A stretch of 64,000 bases of DNA from an uncultured Chloroflexia bacterium (GTDB lineage: Bacteria; Chloroflexota; Limnocylindria; Limnocylindrales; CSP1-4): NCBI GenBank assembly GCA_963819655.1, contig CAWFXA010000002.1, forward strand, positions 1,152,001 to 1,216,000, written 5' to 3'. The notes below the pieces were generated by a model. The model was not told the DNA's origin, searched no databases, and saw nothing but the letters and a program-made list of their open reading frames with translations. The position numbers and the translations under genes were made by a program. Of the stretch, positions 55,888-64,000 are shown one piece after another. Within the stretch, counting starts at the first letter, position 1. Each line of letters begins with the position of its first letter.

Positions 55888-56769
55888 ATGGAACGACGTC
55901 TGGCGGTGCGCGGACGCGCCCATCGCCTCGTGCTCGCCGGAACGCTCGGCGCCGCCCTTCTCGGGGCGATGCCGTGGTCCGCCGCGGCCGACGAGTCGTC
56001 CCCGCCGGAGTCCTCGGAACCGACGGCGACCACCGAACCGACGCCTAGCCCGACCGCTTCCCCGGAACCCACCCCTGCCCCTGCCGCGGCCCCGGAGCCA
56101 ACGACGGCGCCAGCCTCGGATCCGACGGAGACGCCTTCCCCGGCGACGCACACGCCGGACCCGACTGCGACACCGACGCCATCGCCGCCGTCCTATTCGC
56201 TCGCCAGCATCAACCTGTATCGGTCGACGGCGATGGTCCGCCAGTACACCAACTACTGGTGCGTGCCGGCCACCGTCCAGTCCATGGCCAACCTGATCCT
56301 GCGCACGAGCAACCGGAGCTACTCTCGGCAGGGCTACATCTACAAGCTCACGCGGCTGCACAACCGCTACCGGTACGTCACCAAGGGCAACGACCCGCAA
56401 GGCTGGGCGTGGTCCCTCCGGTACTTCACTGGTGGCCGGAACTACCAGGCGCGCGCGTACTCCGACAAGACCGCCGCGATCAACTCGATCGCAGCCTCGA
56501 TCGGCAGGACGAAGCACCCGGTCGGGGTCACCGTCTACGCGGGCACCCACGCCTGGGTGGTGCTCGGCTACAAGCAGACTTACGACCGCGACGAACCCTC
56601 GAAGAAGACGCTCCTCGGCCTGTATGTGAGCGGTCCGCTGGGGACGACGCGCGACCGCTGGCCCTACAAGTACCTCACCGTCGCCCAGTTCCGCGAGGTC
56701 TTCACGCGCTATCACGAGTGGCAGCGCAGCGTGCCCTGGGAGGGCAAGTGGGTGGTCGTCGCCCAGTGA
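55888..56769 (+). CDS. secreted protein with Pro/Thr linker and C39-like papain-fold domain
   Basis: Signal peptide; QYTNYWCVPAT (Q-x5-C) and HAWVVLGY. Confidence 0.6.
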   Translation: MERRLAVRGRAHRLVLAGTLGAALLGAMPWSAAADESSPPESSEPTATTEPTPSPTASPEPTPAPAAAPEPTTAPASDPTETPSPATHTPDPTATPTPSPPSYSLASINLYRSTAMVRQYTNYWCVPATVQSMANLILRTSNRSYSRQGYIYKLTRLHNRYRYVTKGNDPQGWAWSLRYFTGGRNYQARAYSDKTAAINSIAASIGRTKHPVGVTVYAGTHAWVVLGYKQTYDRDEPSKKTLLGLYVSGPLGTTRDRWPYKYLTVAQFREVFTRYHEWQRSVPWEGKWVVVAQ

Positions 56770-56825
56770 CCTGACCGCAGGCGTCAGGCCCGAGGGCCGG
56801 TCGGCGGCGCTACGATGACCGGCGC

Positions 56826-57893
56826 ATGTATGCCGTCATCATGGCCGGCGGCGGCGGGACCCGGCTCCACCCGCTGAGTCGCCCCGAGCGTCCCAAGCCC
56901 TTCCTGCCCCTCGTCGGCGAGGAGACCCTCCTCCAGGCGACCGACCGGCGCCTGCGTGCGCTGACCGCTGACATCACGGTCGTCACCGATCGGCGTTACG
57001 AGCGGCTCGTCCGCGACCAGGTGCCGGGCGCCGCACTGCTGCTCGAGCCGATGGGGAGGAACACCGCCGCGGCGATCACCCTGGCGACCGCGGCGATCGA
57101 TCGCCCGGCCGACGAGGTCATGCTCGTGATCCCGGCCGACGCCTACATCGAGCCTGCTCGCGAAGGCGTGTACCAGGACGTGCTCCGCTCTGCGGCCGAG
57201 CATCTTGCGACCGGCGCCTTCGGCATCGAGGATCCGCTCGTGACCCTGGGGACGCAGGTGACGCGGCCGGCGACCGAGTACGGGTACCTGTTGCCCAAGC
57301 TCGCGGAGCGAGCCGACGTCGGCGGCCTCGAGGCGTACCCGCTCAGCGCATTCGAGGAGAAGCCCAAGCCGGCTCGCGCCGAGGACCTGTTCGAGCGCGT
57401 CCCGGGCGCGGCGTGGAACGCCGGCATGTTCCTGTGGCGACGCCGCGCCATCAGGGCGGCCCTCCTGCGCTACACGGGTCTCGTCCAGTCGCTCGAGCCG
57501 ATGGCCGGAGCACCCCAGCTTCTCGAGAAGGCCTACGAGGCGATCCAGCACGCTCTATCGATCGACCACGCGGTCATGGAGGGAGCGGCACGCAACGGCC
57601 AGGTCGTCATGGCGTCGATGGACGTCGGCTGGTCGGATCTCGGGTCCTGGACGGCACTGCTGGCGGCCAACGGAGCGCGCGGCGAGGGTGCCGTCGTCCA
57701 ACCCGGAGAGACCATCTCGGTCGAGGGTGACGACCTTATCGTCCGCAGGGTCGCCGGCCGGCTTGGCGTCATCGCGCCACCAGAGCGCGGTAGCATGACA
57801 GCGGCGCAACCGATCGCCGTGCTGCGCGGGTCGGCGCCCGACGTCGACATCGTCAACGCCCTCATTGACCGCTGCGCGCAGGCTGGAGGCTGA
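56826..57893 (+). CDS. manC: mannose-1-phosphate guanylyltransferase (no cupin domain)
   Basis: MAGGGGTRLHPLS, PKPF, EPMGRNTA, FEEKP, WNAGMF, GWSDLGSW. Confidence 0.85.
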   Translation: MYAVIMAGGGGTRLHPLSRPERPKPFLPLVGEETLLQATDRRLRALTADITVVTDRRYERLVRDQVPGAALLLEPMGRNTAAAITLATAAIDRPADEVMLVIPADAYIEPAREGVYQDVLRSAAEHLATGAFGIEDPLVTLGTQVTRPATEYGYLLPKLAERADVGGLEAYPLSAFEEKPKPARAEDLFERVPGAAWNAGMFLWRRRAIRAALLRYTGLVQSLEPMAGAPQLLEKAYEAIQHALSIDHAVMEGAARNGQVVMASMDVGWSDLGSWTALLAANGARGEGAVVQPGETISVEGDDLIVRRVAGRLGVIAPPERGSMTAAQPIAVLRGSAPDVDIVNALIDRCAQAGG

Positions 57894-59375
57894 GTGTCCA
57901 CGACCGCCGGCGCGTCTGCACCGACCTCGATCGTCTTTGGGACGGACGGCTGGCGGGCCCGCATCGCCGACGAGTTCACGTTCGACAACGTCCGCCGCTG
58001 CGCCGACGGCGTGGCCCACTACGTGACCGAGCAACGGGCCACCGCCAAGGGTGTGGTCGTGGCGTTCGACCGGCGGTTCGCCTCGGAGCACTTCGCCGAA
58101 GCGGCCGCGGAGGTCCTCCTCGCCCACGACATCCCGGTCGCCCTTGCCGCTCACGCGGTCCCGACGCAGATGAGCTCGTTCGAAGTGGTCACGCGGGGCT
58201 CGGCCGCGGGAATCGTCATCACGGCCAGCCACAACCCGTGGGTCGACAACGGGTTCAAGGTCAAGGCCCCGAGCGGGGCCGCGGCCGGATCCGAGATCCT
58301 GGGGGTCATCGAGGCACGCTTGGCGGTCAATGGCGGGCAGCCCATCGATCGCCGGCCCCTCGCCGACGGGGAGAGTGCCGGGCTCGTGGAGCGGTTCGAT
58401 CCGTTCGATGGCTACGAGCAGTTCGTGCGGCGGACCGTCGATCTCGATGCGCTCCGCGGGGCGGACGTGTCGGTCCTGGTCGACCCGCTGTACGGCGCCG
58501 GGGCCGGCTGGATCAGCCGGTTGCTCGGCGGCGGTCGCATCCGGATCCGCGAGATCCACCAGGAACGCAACCCGTACTTCGGTGGCCTCAACCCGGAGCC
58601 GATCCGCCCGAACATCGACGAGGCGCTGCGTCTCACGGTCGAGGGTGGCCACGACCTGGCGCTGCTGCTCGACGGGGATGCCGACCGGGCGGGCGCGGCG
58701 GACGAGAAGGGCACCTTCATCCACCAGCTCCAGGTCACGGGCCTCCTGATGTACTACCTCGCCGAGCACCGCGGCTGGCGCGATCCGGTCGTCGTCAGCG
58801 TCAACAACACCTCGATGGCTGCCCGCCTGGGGGAGCGCCATGGGATCGCCACGTACGAGACGCCGGTCGGGTTCAAGTTCATCGGCCCGAAGATGATCGA
58901 GACAGGCGCGATGATGGGCGGCGAGGAGTCGGGCGGGTTTGGCTTCGGCATGCATCTCCCGGAGCGCGACGGGATCTACGCCGACCTGTTGCTGCTGGAT
59001 CTGTTCCTGCGCGAGAAGGCCGCTGGGCGCTGGCCGGTGTCGCGCGTGCTGGAGCATTTCCATTCGATCGCCGGCCCGTCGTTCTATCGCCGCACCGACG
59101 TCCACGTCGACCGCGCGGAGTATCCCGAGGTCAAGCGACGTCTGCTGGTCGACCTGGCTGCCCAGGGTCCCGCCCAGCTGGCGGGGCGACCGGTCGCGCG
59201 GACCGTCGCGCTCGAGACCGGGGACGGGTCCAAATTCTTCCTCGACGATGGCTCGTGGCTGCTGATCCGGGCATCCGGCACCGAGCCACTCGTGCGCGTC
59301 TACACCGAGGCGACCTCGGCCGACGCGCGCGACGCGATGCTCGCGGCCGGCGAGCGGCTGGTCCGCGGCTCGTGA
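57894..59375 (+). CDS. phosphoglucomutase/phosphomannomutase
   Basis: FGTDGWR, TASHNP, DGDADR, GGEESGG, RASGTEP. Confidence 0.92.
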   Translation: MSTTAGASAPTSIVFGTDGWRARIADEFTFDNVRRCADGVAHYVTEQRATAKGVVVAFDRRFASEHFAEAAAEVLLAHDIPVALAAHAVPTQMSSFEVVTRGSAAGIVITASHNPWVDNGFKVKAPSGAAAGSEILGVIEARLAVNGGQPIDRRPLADGESAGLVERFDPFDGYEQFVRRTVDLDALRGADVSVLVDPLYGAGAGWISRLLGGGRIRIREIHQERNPYFGGLNPEPIRPNIDEALRLTVEGGHDLALLLDGDADRAGAADEKGTFIHQLQVTGLLMYYLAEHRGWRDPVVVSVNNTSMAARLGERHGIATYETPVGFKFIGPKMIETGAMMGGEESGGFGFGMHLPERDGIYADLLLLDLFLREKAAGRWPVSRVLEHFHSIAGPSFYRRTDVHVDRAEYPEVKRRLLVDLAAQGPAQLAGRPVARTVALETGDGSKFFLDDGSWLLIRASGTEPLVRVYTEATSADARDAMLAAGERLVRGS

Positions 59376-59734
59376 CCGGTCGCCGTGTCGACAAGCCGTG
59401 GGGCCACGAGCTCATCTGGGCGCACACCGATCGCTACGTCGGGAAGATCCTCGTGATCGAGACAGGCAAGCGCCTGTCGCTCCAGCGCCATGAGATCAAG
59501 GACGAATCGATCCTCGTCCACTCGGGCCGGCTCCGCCTGTACCTGGAGGACGAGGACGGCACGCTCCAGGCCCACGACCTGGAGGCAGGCGAGTCCCGCC
59601 GCATCCCCACCGGCCGGGTCCATCGCTTCGAAGCACTCGAACGCTGCGAGCTGATCGAGGTCTCCACGCCCGAGCTCGACGACGTCATCCGGCTCGAGGA
59701 CGACTTCGGCCGGGAGGGGACGAACGCGCCCTGA
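59372..59734 (+). CDS. stand-alone cupin (type II mannose-6-phosphate isomerase-like)
   Basis: VDKPWGHE, RLSLQRH..KDE, HRF, EVSTPELDDVIRLEDDFGR. Confidence 0.8.
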   Translation: MTGRRVDKPWGHELIWAHTDRYVGKILVIETGKRLSLQRHEIKDESILVHSGRLRLYLEDEDGTLQAHDLEAGESRRIPTGRVHRFEALERCELIEVSTPELDDVIRLEDDFGREGTNAP

Positions 59735-59869
59735 CCGAGAGGACAATTCGGGGGTGACCTGGATGGGTCGGCGGTGTAGGCTTCAGGGACGCGACCGCCA
59801 TCACCGGTCGAAGGTGCAGACCGGACGGCGGCCTCGAGAGCGCCTATATGGCGACGGAGGATGCACGAG

Positions 59870-60148
59870 ATGCACAGTTCTCTGATCGGCAAGGTCGAGA
59901 AGGCGAATCGTTATGCGCGAGAGCTCGATCGAATGACCATCGATCGCCTCTCGCTCACGTTTCGCGGCGACAACGACACGCACCATGTCGCGCTCGAAGC
60001 CGGTCAGTGGCGTTGCACCTGCCACTATTTCGAGAGTTGGGGGTCGTGCGTCCACCTCCTGACCTTGCAGAAGGTCTTCGGGGTGATGCTGCCCGAGGAC
60101 GCGCAGGTCTCCATCTTCGCCGCCGGACAACCGGTCGCCTCGACCTGA
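59870..60148 (+). CDS. SWIM zinc-finger small protein
   Basis: CTC-x8-CVH; SD GGAGG (59856-59860). Confidence 0.75.
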   Translation: MHSSLIGKVEKANRYARELDRMTIDRLSLTFRGDNDTHHVALEAGQWRCTCHYFESWGSCVHLLTLQKVFGVMLPEDAQVSIFAAGQPVAST

Positions 60149-60213
60149 TCCCGCGTGTCGCCGGACGCCCCGAGCGGGCGCCCGTGACCCTCACATGACC
60201 TCATGCGTGACTC

Positions 60214-60762
60214 TCACGTGACGTCCAGCCGCCAGAAGTAGCTCGCGTCGCCGACGCCGCCGTCGAACACCACGTGGACCTCGACGGTCCACGAGCCGGC
60301 CGCGGGCGCCCCGAACGATGGACTGCCATTGCCCTCGCCCAGGACGCTCGCACCGGCGGGACCGTCCGCGGTCGACGGGACCGAGCGTGCCCGCCATGTC
60401 GCCACGGCAGCCGGCGAGGGGAACGTCACCATCAGCGGCTCGCCGGCGCCCACGGCGATCGGCGCTCCGGGCAGCCACGGACTGTCGGATCCACCGTCGC
60501 CCCAGACGTATGTCCCGAGCTGGCCGGTGACAGGATCGCCGCCCTCGGCCGCCAGCTGCGCGGCTGGCGGGCCATCGGCAGTGCCGGTCTCGGTGGGCGC
60601 CGGGGTCGGGACCGGCGCGGGGGGCGGGGACATGGATGGCGTGGATGGCACGGGAGAAGCCGTCGCGAGTGCCGGCCCGGTCGGCGAAGGCGATGGCACA
60701 CCACTTGACGAGCAACCCGCCATCACCAGGACGAGCGGAAGGAGAGCGCGGCGGCGCGACAT
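60214..60762 (-). CDS. putative lipoprotein
   Basis: MSRRRALLPLVLVMAGC signal, Pro/Thr linker; SD GGAGG. Confidence 0.65.
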   Translation of the reverse strand: MSRRRALLPLVLVMAGCSSSGVPSPSPTGPALATASPVPSTPSMSPPPAPVPTPAPTETGTADGPPAAQLAAEGGDPVTGQLGTYVWGDGGSDSPWLPGAPIAVGAGEPLMVTFPSPAAVATWRARSVPSTADGPAGASVLGEGNGSPSFGAPAAGSWTVEVHVVFDGGVGDASYFWRLDVT

Positions 60763-60785
60763 CGTGAACCTCCGTTGACGGTCCA

Positions 60786-61820
60786 TCAGGGTTGCGGGCA
60801 ACCCGCGGTGCACGGCGCGACCGTCACACGGACGATCGGGCTCGTATCGCCCCGGAGGCCCTCGTCGGTCGGCGTGGAGAACAGGGCGCGGAGATCGGCG
60901 GTGGCATACAGCCGGAGGCTGGCGACGTACGTGCCGGCGGTCGCGGAGGATGTGAGCGTCACGAGGTTCGTCCAGGTCGAGGAACCGATCGCCCGCCGCT
61001 GGAGACGGACCGTCTGCTTGCCGATCGGGTTCGCGCTCAACCGTCCGTACGCCGTGTTCGTGGTCACCTTCAGATAGGCGGTGATATCGACGAGCGCTCC
61101 GTATGGGATCGACGTGTCACTGATGCTGAGGGTCAGGACCGTCGATAGATCCAGGCAGGTCGAGTACGGCGACGACAGGGTCGGCACGTCATATCGGATC
61201 TGGAGTGTTGCGCTGTCGCAGACGCCGTAGACGTGCATGTTCCAACCGGTCTTCGGGCGGGTCCGGGAGAAGGTCTGAACGACCGCGTCGGTGTAGTCGC
61301 TCTCGTCGGCGAAGTTCACATGATGGTTGAGGATCTCGACGTGCCCGAACTCGTCGAGGGCGATCGTCTCCGCGTCGTAGCAGCCGTTCGTGGGCACCGA
61401 CTGCATCTGGCACCAGCGCAGCGTGCCCCAGTCGAACGGGCGGCCATGCTCTCGGAGCCACATCGTGAAGCCGGTCGGGGCGGTCCGTGTGAAACAGCCG
61501 ATCCCATTCACGCCACAGGTCCCTGTCCCATAGCCGATGAGGTTGGACCCCGATGAGTCGTAGACGAAGGTCGCCGCTTGTGAGGCGCGACTGGCGTTGC
61601 TGTCGTCCGCCGCAGCGCGGATCGCGGTCTTGATCGCGGCAGGTGGCTCCGAGCCCGATCGCCAGCGGAACAGCAGTCGCTGATCCTGGCCGAACAGACC
61701 GCCCGACAGGCTCGGGTCCGGTGAGTGGGCGGCTGTCGGTGCAGCGACGCTGAGCGCGACCGACGCGGTGAGGAGGATCGCTACCCGCAGGATGGACGGG
61801 CGACGGTGCAGCTCGATCAT
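60786..61820 (-). CDS. secreted matrixin/metzincin-like protein with variant zinc motif
   Basis: Signal peptide; ETIALDEFGHVEILNH; C-terminal beta-rich domain. Confidence 0.55.
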   Translation of the reverse strand: MIELHRRPSILRVAILLTASVALSVAAPTAAHSPDPSLSGGLFGQDQRLLFRWRSGSEPPAAIKTAIRAAADDSNASRASQAATFVYDSSGSNLIGYGTGTCGVNGIGCFTRTAPTGFTMWLREHGRPFDWGTLRWCQMQSVPTNGCYDAETIALDEFGHVEILNHHVNFADESDYTDAVVQTFSRTRPKTGWNMHVYGVCDSATLQIRYDVPTLSSPYSTCLDLSTVLTLSISDTSIPYGALVDITAYLKVTTNTAYGRLSANPIGKQTVRLQRRAIGSSTWTNLVTLTSSATAGTYVASLRLYATADLRALFSTPTDEGLRGDTSPIVRVTVAPCTAGCPQP

Positions 61821-62929
61821 GGAAGGACCTCGTCGAACGGGACGGTCTGGCCGTCCGGGACGTGGCGGAGGAACGCACGGCCGGCGCCATCGATGGGTAA
61901 CCGGCCATCCGGACCGAACAGCACCCAGTCCGGGGCATGCTCGCCGGCTCCGCCCGACCGGGCGGCACCGGCCACGAGCCTGTGGCCGTCGTGTTCGACA
62001 TCCATCGCCTGCGGGTCACGGCCATCGAGTCCGACCGCACGAAGGACGTGACCGTCCGGGCCGATCTCGTGGACGACGGCCGCTCGCCCCATCGGGTCCC
62101 GCGCGATCACTGCCTGCCCGGCGTCGTGGTGCAGGATCACCGCCGGATCGCCATCCGGGTCGACCGACAGGAGCGGACACGGCAGCCCGCGGCACGCGCC
62201 GTGCACCACCAACCTGTGCTCGACGAGTCCGACCAGATCACCGAGCGACGGGTCCGCGACGGTCCGCCGCTCACCGCTGGCCTCGTCCAGCAGGCGGAAG
62301 CGGCAGGCGACCTCTCCGCACGTCTGGGCGATCAGGGTCCGACCGTCCGCCGACCACGCCAGCTCGGTGCGCCATGTCTTGCCGAAGCGCGCGTCCGGAT
62401 CGATCGGCCGCAGGATGTGTGCCGCGGGCCGACCGTCGAGCGGCCGGCGCCACACGCCGAGGTCCGCTCGGCTGCGCCGATCCACCCGCGCCTCCGCGAT
62501 CGATCGCCCGTCCGGGCTGAGTGTCGCGTGGCGGATGACATCGTCCGATACCGCCAGCGCCCACCGACACGTACCGGCCAGATCGAGCAGGGACAGCGTG
62601 GATGTTCGACCGTCGTCTGCACCGACGAGGACCGTCCCGCCGACTGGTCCGCTCGCAAAGGACTCGGCGTCCAGGTCGAGCCTGAAGGGTCGGTCGAGAC
62701 CGGCTCGTCCGAGGACCAGTCGCTGGCCGGCCCATACGCTGTCGACCAGGATCGGGTCGAGCCGGTACCAGGCCCCGATCTGTTCCGAGCCAGGTCCGGG
62801 TGATCCCGCGCAGGGCGGGGGATCCCAGGGTGCCGGGGGAGCGCCGGTCGTTGTCGACGCGATGACAGCTAGCGCTCCGATCGCGGCGATGCCCGGCCCG
62901 GCTCGACGGAACCAACGTGCCTCCACCAT
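61817..62929 (-). CDS. secreted/membrane-anchored hypothetical protein, possibly a beta-propeller
   Basis: N-terminal hydrophobic segment; LSPDGR and AWSADGR blade-like motifs; SD GGAGGAGG; overlaps the next gene. Confidence 0.55.
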   Translation of the reverse strand: MVEARWFRRAGPGIAAIGALAVIASTTTGAPPAPWDPPPCAGSPGPGSEQIGAWYRLDPILVDSVWAGQRLVLGRAGLDRPFRLDLDAESFASGPVGGTVLVGADDGRTSTLSLLDLAGTCRWALAVSDDVIRHATLSPDGRSIAEARVDRRSRADLGVWRRPLDGRPAAHILRPIDPDARFGKTWRTELAWSADGRTLIAQTCGEVACRFRLLDEASGERRTVADPSLGDLVGLVEHRLVVHGACRGLPCPLLSVDPDGDPAVILHHDAGQAVIARDPMGRAAVVHEIGPDGHVLRAVGLDGRDPQAMDVEHDGHRLVAGAARSGGAGEHAPDWVLFGPDGRLPIDGAGRAFLRHVPDGQTVPFDEVLP

Positions 62930-63061
62930 CTCGTGGGCCTCCTCCAGCGGGCTGGGATGCGGGCGGGAGGGGGCGAGGTGGGCATCGTAGGGACGGGCGC
63001 TTCACTGCCAGTTATCTGGGACGCGCGACCCTGTGCTACGCTCGCGGCGACGTTCTCGTCG

Positions 63062-63185
63062 AACGCCGCGTGGTCGCGAAGCCGGTGAGATTCCGGCACA
63101 GTCCCGCTACGGTGAACCGCCCTCGGGCGGAAGTCCGGTCGCCGACCCCGCGGTGCATGCTCGAACCTTCGAGAGAAAGGTAGGC
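63062..63185 (+). ncRNA. cobalamin riboswitch
   Basis: gaagccGGTGagatTCCGGCaCaGtcCCgCtACgGTga core, aAGtCCGG B12 box, downstream ccttcgagagaaagg loop; precedes btuF; TGcTACGCT -10 at 63034-63042; boundaries approximate. Confidence 0.88.
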
Positions 63186-63208
63186 AGGACCGTGCACCGC
63201 TTCACCTG

Positions 63209-63243
63209 ACCCCTCCTTCGACCTGCTCGAAGGGAGGGGTTTC
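63209..63243 (+). terminator. riboswitch-associated terminator-like hairpin
   Basis: acccctccttcga/tcgaagggaggggt stem with one bulge and a short U run. Confidence 0.55.
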
Positions 63244-63299
63244 GCGCACTTTGGCGCGCGGCCTCTCCGGTGATCCACCCGAAACCCGGAGGCCTGTCG

Positions 63300-64000
63300 A
63301 TGCTGACCAAGGACCGACGCCGACACGTCGTCCTGACCTTGACCTTGTCCGCCATGATCGCGGCCTGCTCGTCGCCGGCGGCAACGACCACCCCGACGGA
63401 GACGGCCACCGCGGCACCGCCCCCCGCAACGATCTCAGCGTCACCGACCCCTGCGGCCGCCTTCCCGGTCACCGTGACCGATGACGAAGGCACCGCGATC
63501 GAGATCGGATCCGAGCCCGAGAGGATCGTCTCGCTGACCCCCGCGAACACCGAGATCCTGTTCGCGCTCGGTGCCGGCGATCGCGTCGTCGCCACGGACG
63601 ACGGCAGCGACCATCCGGAGGCGGCCGTCGCCCTGCCCGACGTGGCGACGTTCTCGACCGTGGATATCGAGAAGGTCGTCGCCCTGGAGCCGGACCTCGT
63701 CGTGGCAGGTGGCCTCGGTTTCACCCCGGACGACGCGATCACGCGGTTGCGTGGTCTCGACATTCCCGTGGTCGTCGTGTACGCCACGTCCGTCGAGGCC
63801 GTGTACGACGACATCGAGCTCATCGGGACGGCCACTGGCACCAGCGACACAGCGACGACCGTGACCGCCGACATGCGCGCGGAGATCGATTCGATCAGCG
63901 CCGCGGCATCGACTGCGGGCACCAGACCGCGCGTGCTCTACGAGGTCGGGTACGACGACACGACAGGGGCGATCTATGCGCCCGCGGACGAGTCCTTCGT
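63300..64000 (+). CDS. btuF: cobalamin ABC transporter substrate-binding lipoprotein (3' truncated)
   Basis: MLTKDRRRH...MIAAC lipobox; FPVTVTDDEG, PERIVSLTPANTEILFALG, EKVVALEPDLV. Confidence 0.88.
   Translation, partial: MLTKDRRRHVVLTLTLSAMIAACSSPAATTTPTETATAAPPPATISASPTPAAAFPVTVTDDEGTAIEIGSEPERIVSLTPANTEILFALGAGDRVVATDDGSDHPEAAVALPDVATFSTVDIEKVVALEPDLVVAGGLGFTPDDAITRLRGLDIPVVVVYATSVEAVYDDIELIGTATGTSDTATTVTADMRAEIDSISAAASTAGTRPRVLYEVGYDDTTGAIYAPADESF

Overview
High-GC bacterial chromosomal segment, mostly housekeeping genes. Gene order and small marker proteins (DUF5679, SWIM-finger protein, HrcA/CIRCE) suggest Chloroflexota, possibly Limnocylindria-like; this assignment is inference. Contents in order: udp, gap-pgk-eno, rpsT, lepA-hemW-CIRCE-hrcA-grpE-dnaK, an accessory block (tandem repeats, HTH-nuclease, split-barrel/MenA fusion, ABC-2 exporter, udgB), dnaJ-prmA-HIT, a second accessory block, rpsU-yqeY-7TM-HD-ybeY, pth-mfd, a SAM-cycle cluster (apt-mtnA-GNAT-ahcY-S9-metK), polyamine ABC transporter, GDP-mannose genes, secreted proteins, and a cobalamin riboswitch with btuF. 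The best candidate for an undescribed system is 25.3-30.2 kb: a tetraether-synthase (Tes/GDGT-MAS)-like radical SAM gene in an apparent operon with an atypical Lgt and two Cys-bearing membrane proteins, divergent from an acyl-adenylating enzyme. Other notable points: a split-barrel/MenA fusion, histone-H1-like tails on Pgk and S20, many leaderless-type starts, a DExxH metzincin variant, and single-base frameshifts in prmA and mtnA. No rRNA, tRNA, CRISPR array or IS element was seen. All family calls come from motif recognition by eye, not database searches.
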